Shown here piece after piece: positions 1 to 7,074 of a stretch of DNA of 64,000 bases. The position numbers and the translations under genes are program-made. The notes under the pieces were generated by a model. The model searched no databases. It saw nothing but the letters and a program-made list of their open reading frames with translations, and was not told where the DNA came from. Each line of letters opens with the position of its first letter. Within the stretch, counting starts at the first letter, position 1. Origin of the DNA: Nitrospirae bacterium MYbin3 (lineage in GTDB: Bacteria; Nitrospirota; Thermodesulfovibrionia; Thermodesulfovibrionales; Dissulfurispiraceae). The stretch spans positions 1 through 64,000 of the forward strand of contig PEAD01000008.1 of assembly GCA_002753335.1 (NCBI GenBank). Reading direction: 5' to 3'.

Positions 1-237
1 TATCAAGAGGCCTCTCAAGGCCAGTCTGCCTACAGGACTGCCGTCCTTAACAAAAGAACGCACGACCGAAATAATGCCGACAAGCAACAATAGCGAGCTG
101 ACGACAACAGGGAAATAGGCAGGCCCCATTTTTAGGGCGGTGCCGATCTTGTAATCACCCGCAATTATAAGCGCGGTAACGCCGAAAGCGATATAGATTA
201 AGCCTGACCAGAAGTCTTTAGGATTGCGCAAGGCCAT
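1..237 (-). CDS. tctB: Tripartite tricarboxylate transporter TctB family small membrane subunit (3' part runs off window)
   Basis: Manual translation MALRNPKDFWSGLIYIAFGVTALIIAGDYKIGTALKMGPAYFPVVVSSLLLLVG...; GPxxFP motif and hydrophobic helices; directly downstream of tctC. Confidence 0.85.
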   Translation of the reverse strand, partial: MALRNPKDFWSGLIYIAFGVTALIIAGDYKIGTALKMGPAYFPVVVSSLLLLVGIISVVRSFVKDGSPVGRLALRGLLI

Positions 238-252
238 TTCTATAAGAACTGT

Positions 253-304
253 AACCGCTGCGGGTGCAACCCTGATAATAAAAGGCTGCACCCGCAATCC
301 GGTT
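253..304 (-). other. Intergenic stem-loop between tctC and tctB
   Basis: TGCGGGTGCA (259-268) / TGCACCCGCA (287-296) perfect inverted repeat, with outer AACCG/CGGTT. Confidence 0.65.
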
Positions 305-331
305 TCATATGTAATATTTTATACAGCAAGA

Positions 332-1306
332 TTAGTCGGCATAGATGCCGGCTTTTTTGATGATCGGTCCCCACTTTTCGATTTCTGCTTTAAGGTGGGA
401 ATGCAGAGCCGCTGGAGTGGCCCGATTTTGGGCGACAGGCTCTGTGCCTAATTCGGCAAAGCGCTGTATTAAGTTTTTATCCTTCAACGCCTCCTGCATG
501 GCCTTTGAGAGCTTATCAACTATATCCTTGGGGGTTCCCTTGGGGGCATAAAGACCGTGCCAGACCGACACCTCAAAGTTAGGCAGACCGGCCTCATGCA
601 TCGTCGGAATATCGGGCAAGGAAGCCACCCTCTTTTTTGTCGTCACACCGTACACCTTGATTTTGCCTGCCTTTATCTGGCTTGTAGTGTTGGTGGTCTG
701 ATCGCACATAAAGTCAACCTGCCCGCCCAGAAGGTCGTTCATGGCAGGGCCGGTGCCTTTATAAGGGATAGTCGTAAGATCCGTCTGTATTGCGGACATA
801 AAAAGCATTCCGCATAAGTGCGAGGCTGCGCCAAGTCCGGCATTGGCATAGTTTACTTTCTGTTTATTTGCCTTTACATACGAAATAAGTTCTTTAAGGT
901 TGCTGGCCGGAAAATCCTTTTTTGCAACGAGCGTCATCGGCACCTCATTAATCAGCCCGATAGGTGCAAAGTCGTTAAGAGCGTCATACGGCAGCTTGCG
1001 GTAAAGCGCAGGCGCCGTAGACTGGCCGATATGATGGAGAAAAAGGGTATAGCCGTCCGGCGCGGCCTTCGCAACACGGGCTGCGCCAAGGGTTCCGCCG
1101 GCGCCGGCTACATTCTCTATGATAATCTGTGCCTTGAGCGTACTACTCATAGCCTGCCCAAGCAGGCGGGCAACAGTGTCCGTAGGACCGCCCGCAGAAA
1201 ACGGCACAACTATATTGATTACCTTTGAAGGGTACTGATCCGCATAAACCTGAGAAATTCCGACAACCGCTAAACAGATAAACGTCAACAAGGTTTTCCT
1301 AATCAT
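332..1306 (-). CDS. tctC: Tripartite tricarboxylate transporter substrate-binding protein (TctC/Bug family)
   Basis: Signal peptide; YPSKVINIVVPFSAGGPTD, ENVAGAGG, PDGYTL, PYKGTGPA motifs. Confidence 0.95.
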   Translation of the reverse strand: MIRKTLLTFICLAVVGISQVYADQYPSKVINIVVPFSAGGPTDTVARLLGQAMSSTLKAQIIIENVAGAGGTLGAARVAKAAPDGYTLFLHHIGQSTAPALYRKLPYDALNDFAPIGLINEVPMTLVAKKDFPASNLKELISYVKANKQKVNYANAGLGAASHLCGMLFMSAIQTDLTTIPYKGTGPAMNDLLGGQVDFMCDQTTNTTSQIKAGKIKVYGVTTKKRVASLPDIPTMHEAGLPNFEVSVWHGLYAPKGTPKDIVDKLSKAMQEALKDKNLIQRFAELGTEPVAQNRATPAALHSHLKAEIEKWGPIIKKAGIYAD

Positions 1307-1433
1307 TTTTCCTCCCCTTACCTTACATGGTTATTAGTTTTGCTTATCAAAGTATTATAAGCTTACCGTATAGCCGGTATAAATTCAAGAGCAGAAATGC
1401 TCGAAAATAGATGTTCAAAAAAAACCTGACGAA

Positions 1434-2405
1434 TTATCCGTTCAGGATTTCTGCTGCTTCCTTTGCATGGTAAGTAAGGATGAGGTCTGCGCCTGCACGC
1501 CTTATTGAGGTGAGAATTTCGAGCATAACGCGCTTGCCATCTATCCAGCCAAGCTGTTCCGCAGCCTTGACCATAGAATATTCGCCGCTGACATTGTATG
1601 CCGCAAGCGGAATAGCAAAAGAGGCTTTCGCATCAGCGATTATGTCGAGATATGAAAGCGCCGGCTTGACCATCACTATATCCGCGCCTTCCTGAATATC
1701 GAGAGATATTTCGCGAAGAGCCTCGCGCCTGTTTGCGGGATCCATCTGGTATGAGCGCCTGTCTCCAAACTGCGGGGTTGATTCCGCAGCCTCGCGGAAC
1801 GGACCATAAAAACCTGATGCGTACTTTGCGGCGTAAGCCATAATTGGGGTATCGCTATAGCCGTTTTCGTCTAGGGCGCTGCGAATTGCGGCCACCCGGC
1901 CGTCCATCATGTCTGAAGGCGCAACCATGTCGGCGCCCGCTTTTGCATGAGAGACAGACTCCATCGCCAAAAGACCGAGCGTCTTATCGTTTTCCACTTC
2001 GCCCTTTTCTACAACACCGCAATGGCCGTGATTTGTGTATTCGCACATGCAGACATCGGTGATGACATAAAGATCAGGAACAGCGTCCTTTATAGCCTTT
2101 ATGGCATTCTGAACCACTCCGTTGTCGTCATAGGCTCCTGTGCCGAATTCGTCCTTATGCTCAGGTATTCCAAAAAGTATTATAGAGGGGATGCCTAGAG
2201 AATAAACCTCTTTTGCATTTTTGACAGCTTCGTCTATTGATTCCTGAAAACATCCGGGCATAGAAGAAATCGGTTTGCGCACGCCTTTGCCAAAGGTTAC
2301 GAACAGAGGATAAATAAAGTCATCCGTAGAAAGGTGCGTTTCACGCACCATTCTACGGATAGTATCGTTCTTTCTTAATCTCCTGTAGCGGTTAACAGGG
2401 AACAT
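1434..2405 (-). CDS. hemB: Porphobilinogen synthase (ALA dehydratase)
   Basis: [14 protein letters not shown]n site, [28 protein letters not shown]. Confidence 0.98.
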   Translation of the reverse strand: MFPVNRYRRLRKNDTIRRMVRETHLSTDDFIYPLFVTFGKGVRKPISSMPGCFQESIDEAVKNAKEVYSLGIPSIILFGIPEHKDEFGTGAYDDNGVVQNAIKAIKDAVPDLYVITDVCMCEYTNHGHCGVVEKGEVENDKTLGLLAMESVSHAKAGADMVAPSDMMDGRVAAIRSALDENGYSDTPIMAYAAKYASGFYGPFREAAESTPQFGDRRSYQMDPANRREALREISLDIQEGADIVMVKPALSYLDIIADAKASFAIPLAAYNVSGEYSMVKAAEQLGWIDGKRVMLEILTSIRRAGADLILTYHAKEAAEILNG

Positions 2406-2413
2406 GTTTCAGT

Positions 2414-2737
2414 TTATCCGCAACTGCAGCCACCAGAGCCGCAAGAAGGTGGGCTGCCGCCGCCGTTCAGCACAAAACCTTCATGTTCCTCGCCCTCTAG
2501 ATAGTCGAGCTGCATCCCTACAAGATTGGGCGCCAATGTCTTTTCAACAAACACTTTCAGTCCGTCTTTCTCAACCACAGCATCATCAGCAAGAGGGCTT
2601 TCGTCTATATCAAGCCCGAATGACGGCCCGCAGCAGCCGCTTCCTGCATTGTATATCCTTATGCCCCAGCCATGCTTGCCCTCGGCAGTAAGAATCTCTT
2701 TACCCTTTTCTGCTGCTTTTTCTGTAACTGTTACCAC
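2414..2737 (-). CDS. HesB/IscA-like Fe-S cluster assembly accessory protein
   Basis: VTEKAAEK start, GSGCCGPSFGL, DGLKVFV, C-terminal CGSGGCSCG; GTG start with GGAGG RBS. Confidence 0.85.
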   Translation of the reverse strand: MVTVTEKAAEKGKEILTAEGKHGWGIRIYNAGSGCCGPSFGLDIDESPLADDAVVEKDGLKVFVEKTLAPNLVGMQLDYLEGEEHEGFVLNGGGSPPSCGSGGCSCG

Positions 2738-2834
2738 GTGATACCTCCAAAGTTTTTATATCTTTTAGAATAACAGATACTGCATCTGCACAGCAATTTA
2801 GATTTATTCTGCGGATTTCTGTTAAAATTTAAAA

Positions 2835-3464
2835 ATGAAAAGATTTTGGTCTTTAGCACTTATAATAACTATGCTTTTCGGCTGTGCAGGAGCAACCAAG
2901 CCTACATTTCAGGAACTGCCGCAGGGCAAGCCCTTGGCGATGAAGATAAACGGCGTAACGCTTCGCGTCGTGGCCTTCGGATATACAAAAGACTGGTCCG
3001 AACTTGAGGTGGCAATTTTAAACGAGACCGGCCAGGATCTTGAGTTTGATATCTCCAAGATATATGTAACAAATGAGAAGAACTATGATCTGGTTCCGCT
3101 ACGGACGCACGAGATCAATGAACGCGTGCATAGGAAAACAGGCAAATTAGTTAACCCCTTTACGGTCGGTGCGCTTGCCGCAGGCATAGCCGCAATCATA
3201 GCCCCCGGATCAAACGACAGAACCAATCTCGCAAAGGCTGCTTTGGTGCTTGCTGGAGCGGCGCTCGGAACCGAGATGGCTTCGAGACAGACCTCAGAGG
3301 CTGATGCACAAAGAAAAGAAGACCTTCTGCTGAAAAGCTACAAGGTGCCGGCAGGATTGCAGTTAGGGGGAATTTTATACTACCGCACCACCGAAGCTGC
3401 AAAAGGCGTTAAAGCCTTCATAAAGATAAAAGGCCAAGAAGAATTTTTCCACATAGAGTTGTAA
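2835..3464 (+). CDS. Hypothetical lipoprotein
   Basis: Lipobox LFGC at residue 17; internal Ala/Gly-rich hydrophobic hairpin. Confidence 0.75.
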   Translation: MKRFWSLALIITMLFGCAGATKPTFQELPQGKPLAMKINGVTLRVVAFGYTKDWSELEVAILNETGQDLEFDISKIYVTNEKNYDLVPLRTHEINERVHRKTGKLVNPFTVGALAAGIAAIIAPGSNDRTNLAKAALVLAGAALGTEMASRQTSEADAQRKEDLLLKSYKVPAGLQLGGILYYRTTEAAKGVKAFIKIKGQEEFFHIEL

Positions 3465-3518
3465 CGTTTGTCTAATACGTCGCAGGCCAACAGCCTTTCA
3501 TTATTCGCGATTAGGGAT

Positions 3519-3559
3519 CTGAAAGCGCGATGGGGATAAATTCCTTTTGTTCAGGACTG
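3519..3559 (+). repeat. 41-bp direct repeat, copy 1
   Basis: CTGAAAGCGCGATGGGGATAAATTCCTTTTGTTCAGGACTG; 36/41 identical to 3915-3955. Confidence 0.85.
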
Positions 3560-3585
3560 TCTAATTGCTCTTATAAATGTCTCTT

Positions 3586-3801
3586 CTACTGAAGTCCCAG
3601 TTGCCTTTTCACTTCTTCAAGCGGAATACCCTTGCCCTGTCTCTTTTGCTCCATGGACTCCAGCAATGAAGTCTCCACCTCCGGTCGCAACTCCAGTCCG
3701 TGGTCAGGGTCGATTGCTTCCTGAATAGTCTCGCGGATAAGGGTTTTAAGCTCTCCGGCAGTCATATCGCTTATTTTTCTATCAGAGACGGCTATAGACA
3801 T
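3586..3801 (-). CDS. Putative antitoxin (RelB/ParD-type small acidic protein), no cognate toxin adjacent
   Basis: 71 aa from ATG 3801 with GGGAGG RBS; C-terminal GKGIPLEEVKRQLGL is typical of antitoxins preceding RelE/ParE toxins. Confidence 0.65.
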   Translation of the reverse strand: MSIAVSDRKISDMTAGELKTLIRETIQEAIDPDHGLELRPEVETSLLESMEQKRQGKGIPLEEVKRQLGLQ

Positions 3802-3891
3802 AAAAACCTCCCATGCCTTTGTTGATTTAATTTTAACATAGTTTGTGAAAATTCTTGCCGCGAGCACGCGAAAATATAAGGCCGGGTTTGT

Positions 3892-3909
3892 GTAGAGGGG
3901 ACTGTCCCC
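3892..3909 (+). repeat. GTAG-type REP-like palindrome
   Basis: GTAG-A-GGGGACTGTCCCC. Confidence 0.45.
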
Positions 3910-3914
3910 GTGGC

Positions 3915-3991
3915 CTGATAGCGCGATAGGGATAAATTCCTTCCGTTCAGGGCTGCGTTTGGAAAGTTCTAAATGCTCGTTTTGCTACAGC
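3915..3991 (+). repeat. 41-bp direct repeat copy 2, extended; partial inverted copy of the 22251-22472 element arm
   Basis: GGATAAATTCCTTCCGTTCAGGGCTGCGTTTGGAAAGTTCTAAATGCT matches the reverse complement of 22422-22469 with 3 mismatches; similarity continues to GCTACAGC. Confidence 0.85.
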
Positions 3992-4905
3992 TTAACCTCG
4001 CCTATCTGGCTATTGCAAAAATAACAGTTGTTAAACCCCTCAAAAAAATTGTTCTTATCAATACATTCTTTTCTTTTTTCCGACAAAGAGGATACTGCAA
4101 TTCTCCCTTTGGACAGGATATCTGCCAAGCTGTCTTTTCCCAAATTGCCGAGTACTCCGCCTTTTTTTATGTCACAGCAAAAAACAGCATCGCCATTAGG
4201 GTGTATCGCAAGGTCGGCCAGATTAAGCGAACTGCAGAAATCTCTTTCGTACCCAATATACAAGGAGCTTGAGGCCGACAGCTTAATAGTGAACTTCTTT
4301 TTTATTGCCTTTATTTTATAGTAAGCCTCTTCTCTTTCTTTGTTCGATAAAACAAATCTGTCATTTTTCCCGGTCGCTATAACGCTCAAGAACCTCAAGC
4401 CTGTAGCGCCTGTTTTCTGCGCGACTTCAGCAAGCGATTCTATTTCTGAGATATTGAACCTGTTAAGGCAGGACTGCACCCTTGTTATAACGCCATGATT
4501 TGAGAAGTACGATACCGCTCCGACCGTTTTTTCATATGAACCGGGCATCCTTAACCTATCGTGAATTTCTTTGTCTGCAGAATCCAAACTGAAGGCGATA
4601 AAACCGAAGTTGGCCTTATGCGCTAATAGAGGAATATACCTCTCGGACAGAAAGCCGTTTGAAACTATGCTAAAACGCAGACCTTTATCTACTGTAAGTT
4701 CAACTAATTCGTTAAACCTCGGGTGCAGGCACGGTTCTCCACCGGTCAATACAATATTGCCATACCCAAGGTTTTTTGCCTCTTTCAAGAGCTTTTTGAA
4801 CAAGGATACATCTATTGATAACTGTTCTCTGTCTTTTAATGTAAACAAACAGAATTCGCAGTTCATATTGCAGTTGTAAGTCGTTATGAAGATTAATGAC
4901 TTCAT
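3985..4905 (-). CDS. Radical SAM protein with C-terminal SPASM/Twitch domain
   Basis: CNMNCEFC (CxxxCxxC), TGGEP, SNG, SLDS; C-terminal FC...LAIHPNGDAVFCC...LGNL...SLADI...CYFC. Confidence 0.92.
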   Translation of the reverse strand: MKSLIFITTYNCNMNCEFCLFTLKDREQLSIDVSLFKKLLKEAKNLGYGNIVLTGGEPCLHPRFNELVELTVDKGLRFSIVSNGFLSERYIPLLAHKANFGFIAFSLDSADKEIHDRLRMPGSYEKTVGAVSYFSNHGVITRVQSCLNRFNISEIESLAEVAQKTGATGLRFLSVIATGKNDRFVLSNKEREEAYYKIKAIKKKFTIKLSASSSLYIGYERDFCSSLNLADLAIHPNGDAVFCCDIKKGGVLGNLGKDSLADILSKGRIAVSSLSEKRKECIDKNNFFEGFNNCYFCNSQIGEVKL

Positions 4906-4923
4906 TCCTATATCTAGCTCGCT

Positions 4924-4963
4924 AAATAAGAAATAGCGGCGAGGGTTTTAAACTCACCGCTAT
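4924..4963 (-). terminator. Intrinsic terminator-like hairpin between beta-barrel gene and radical SAM gene
   Basis: Minus strand ATAGCGGTGAG-TTTAAAACC-CTCGCCGCTAT followed by TTCTTATTT. Confidence 0.7.
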
Positions 4964-5021
4964 CTGGACAATTAAAAACCCTTGAAGGTTTGCAACAAAT
5001 ATTTAGAATAAAAAAATATTT

Positions 5022-6269
5022 CTAAATTCCAGGATCTCCGCCGCCACCGCCACCACCAATTCCACCACCGCCGTCTCCTTCTCCTGGGTCTGCTCCGCCG
5101 CCGCCATTGTTGTTATTATTATTGTTTTGCGCTGCTGCAAGCTGCAACCTCAGCTCTTCCGCCTGCTTTGCGATCTCATTGGCCTTAAAAGTATTTGCGG
5201 ACTGAACAACACTTTCGAGTGTTGAAAGAGATATCAACACCTCGGGGTTGTCAAAAGTCTTATGCTCGGCTTTTAAGCTCTTTTTCCCTCCGGTGCCGAA
5301 ATACCATCTCAACCCGCCTATCACACTGTTGTTCTTTCCTGTTGTCGCGCTCGCAAACAAGGCAATGTCAGACTTTGAGAACTTGTACTCGGAAAACAGC
5401 TTCGCGCTTGCAGAATGCGGAAACAAAGCGCCTTCAAGACCCAAAACAAAGTTGTCCGTAAAAAAATACTTCAGGCTTCCGATGCCGAAAGCGCCTTTAT
5501 GCACAATATTTTCCCCGTTCAAAAGACCTGCCTTGCCGCCCACATGAAAATCATTATAGAACTTGGTGGCGCTAAGGCCGTAAAGCGCAGGCTTAACATC
5601 GCTGCCAAGCTCGGCATAAGAAGAGAACAACCCCAGCCTTCCGTTATTGTCCTTATAAAAGGCGTGGCCAGCCACACCGTTATATCTCATACCTGCAACA
5701 GTGCCCTTCTCAGCGTCAACCTGAAAATGCAGAGGATTATTCACAGGATTAACAACAGCGCTCACACCGCCGACGGTCAAAGTGCCTTTAGTATTTGAGA
5801 TAGCCCCAGCCTCAGTATAAACCTTGGCAGAAACATCAAAAGACTGCTCGGCCTCTGCATACGATGTCAGGGCCATCAAAGACAGGGCAGCAGCAGAGAA
5901 AGCAGCCGGCGGGCCTCTGCCCAAAACATCATTGCTACCTGGGGATGCGGCTCCGCCCCCACCAGCTGACCCGGCAGAGTGATTGGAAGCCCCGAAATAA
6001 GGCATTGATTTCAAAAAACTATCGAGATATTTAAGGAGCCTTCGGACCAACTGAGAAATGCTCTGGAAATGCAGCCACTTGTGAAGGTAAAGCCTTAGAT
6101 CGCTCCTGATCTTTTCCCTATGATTTTTAAACCGCAGGAATTCAGAGAGCTGCCTTTGGCTAAGATTGTCCGCATGGATTGACTGCTTGTCCGGCTTGAA
6201 AGCAGGAGTTGGCGAGTACTCCTTCATGGCTACAGACCCTTGTACCGGTACCGTTCCCCTATCAGGCAT
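5022..6269 (-). CDS. Putative outer-membrane beta-barrel protein with long N-terminal extension, internal signal peptide and Asn/Gly-rich C-terminal tail
   Basis: GGGGAGG RBS before ATG 6269; h-region AAFSAAALSLMALTSY-AEA (residues ~122-140); alternating amphipathic strands ending GGLRWYFG; tail N7-GGGGADPGEGDGGGGIGGGGGGGDPGI. Confidence 0.7.
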   Translation of the reverse strand: MPDRGTVPVQGSVAMKEYSPTPAFKPDKQSIHADNLSQRQLSEFLRFKNHREKIRSDLRLYLHKWLHFQSISQLVRRLLKYLDSFLKSMPYFGASNHSAGSAGGGGAASPGSNDVLGRGPPAAFSAAALSLMALTSYAEAEQSFDVSAKVYTEAGAISNTKGTLTVGGVSAVVNPVNNPLHFQVDAEKGTVAGMRYNGVAGHAFYKDNNGRLGLFSSYAELGSDVKPALYGLSATKFYNDFHVGGKAGLLNGENIVHKGAFGIGSLKYFFTDNFVLGLEGALFPHSASAKLFSEYKFSKSDIALFASATTGKNNSVIGGLRWYFGTGGKKSLKAEHKTFDNPEVLISLSTLESVVQSANTFKANEIAKQAEELRLQLAAAQNNNNNNNGGGGADPGEGDGGGGIGGGGGGGDPGI

Positions 6270-6309
6270 ATTGTGACCTCCCCCAAGGCTTTAGTATTAT
6301 CCCGCGCAA

Positions 6310-6373
6310 TATAGCACAGTGCTATAAAGAATGTAAAGCAACCTGAAATTGTCATATATAACAGGGTGCTATA
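6310..6373. promoter_or_regulatory. Two 17-bp operator-like palindromes in the divergent promoter region
   Basis: TATAGCAC-A-GTGCTATA (6310-6326, perfect) and TATAACAG-G-GTGCTATA (6357-6373). Confidence 0.7.
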
Positions 6374-6383
6374 ACATATTTTG

Positions 6384-6770
6384 ATGAAAGCGAAGAATCT
6401 GTTCGGAGGCAAAATCAGGCAGTTCCGCATCGAAGCGGGCATAACGCAGGAGGAACTGGCGCTCAGGAGCGGTCTTTCGCAGGGCTACATAAACCAGCTT
6501 GAATGCGGAAAGCGGAATTACACCCAGAAATCTATGGAGCTTATAGCAAAGGCCTTATCACAACCTGTGATAAATTTTCTTAAAGAGGACGAAGGCGGGG
6601 CTGACGCCAAGGTTGCGGATAAAACAGTCATGTATAAAACCAGAAGCGCGTATAAAAAGGATTTCCTGTCGGTGCTCAACGACCTGCCCGAAACCGTTAT
6701 CAGCCACTACCTTACGATCTTAAAAATCGAGCGCGATTTACTGAAAAGACATAGAAAAGCGGTTTTGTAA
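6384..6770 (+). CDS. XRE-family helix-turn-helix transcriptional regulator
   Basis: IRQFRIEAGITQEELALRSGLSQGYINQLECGKRN HTH_3 signature. Confidence 0.93.
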   Translation: MKAKNLFGGKIRQFRIEAGITQEELALRSGLSQGYINQLECGKRNYTQKSMELIAKALSQPVINFLKEDEGGADAKVADKTVMYKTRSAYKKDFLSVLNDLPETVISHYLTILKIERDLLKRHRKAVL

Positions 6771-6819
6771 ATCCCACGAATATTCTCCAACATTTCGTTT
6801 CAAAAATTTGCCCGACATA

Positions 6820-6861
6820 TTGACATTGTAGCCACAAAATACTAAACTGTATATACATACA
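6820..6861 (+). promoter_or_regulatory. sigma70 promoter of vapBC with overlapping operator palindrome
   Basis: TTGACA (6820-6825)-N17-TAAACT (6843-6848); TGTAT-N4-ATACA (6848-6861); AGGAGG RBS. Confidence 0.7.
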
Positions 6862-6876
6862 AGAAGGAGGCCGACA

Positions 6877-7074
6877 ATGCAGACCGTTATTAAAAAAACA
6901 GCCAAGCATTTCAGACTGAACAATACGCTTTTGAAAAGCGCACAGACAATCCTCGGGGCCAAAACCGAAACCGAGACCATAGAGTCGGCCTTGAACGAAA
7001 TCGTGTATCAGGAAAAGATCAGGAAGTTTATAGAACAGACCGGCGGCAAGTTAAAGTTTGAGGGCCTTAATTGA
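6877..7074 (+). CDS. vapB: VapB-type antitoxin (ribbon-helix-helix-like)
   Basis: 65 aa, KHFRLNNTLLKSAQTILGAKTETETIESAL; overlaps the PIN gene start by 4 nt. Confidence 0.8.
   Translation: MQTVIKKTAKHFRLNNTLLKSAQTILGAKTETETIESALNEIVYQEKIRKFIEQTGGKLKFEGLN

Noticed and set aside
3519..3991. 41-bp repeats as a mini CRISPR array
   Set aside because: Only two copies, 396 bp apart with a gene between them, and no cas genes
4906..5021. Separate small RiPP precursor ORF next to the radical SAM gene
   Set aside because: The gap holds an AT-rich tract and hairpins, with no credible start/RBS and ORF
6130..6175. LSQRQLSEFL in the barrel protein N-terminus as a Cro-like HTH
   Set aside because: Only one helix resembles XRE; the turn and recognition helix pattern is absent
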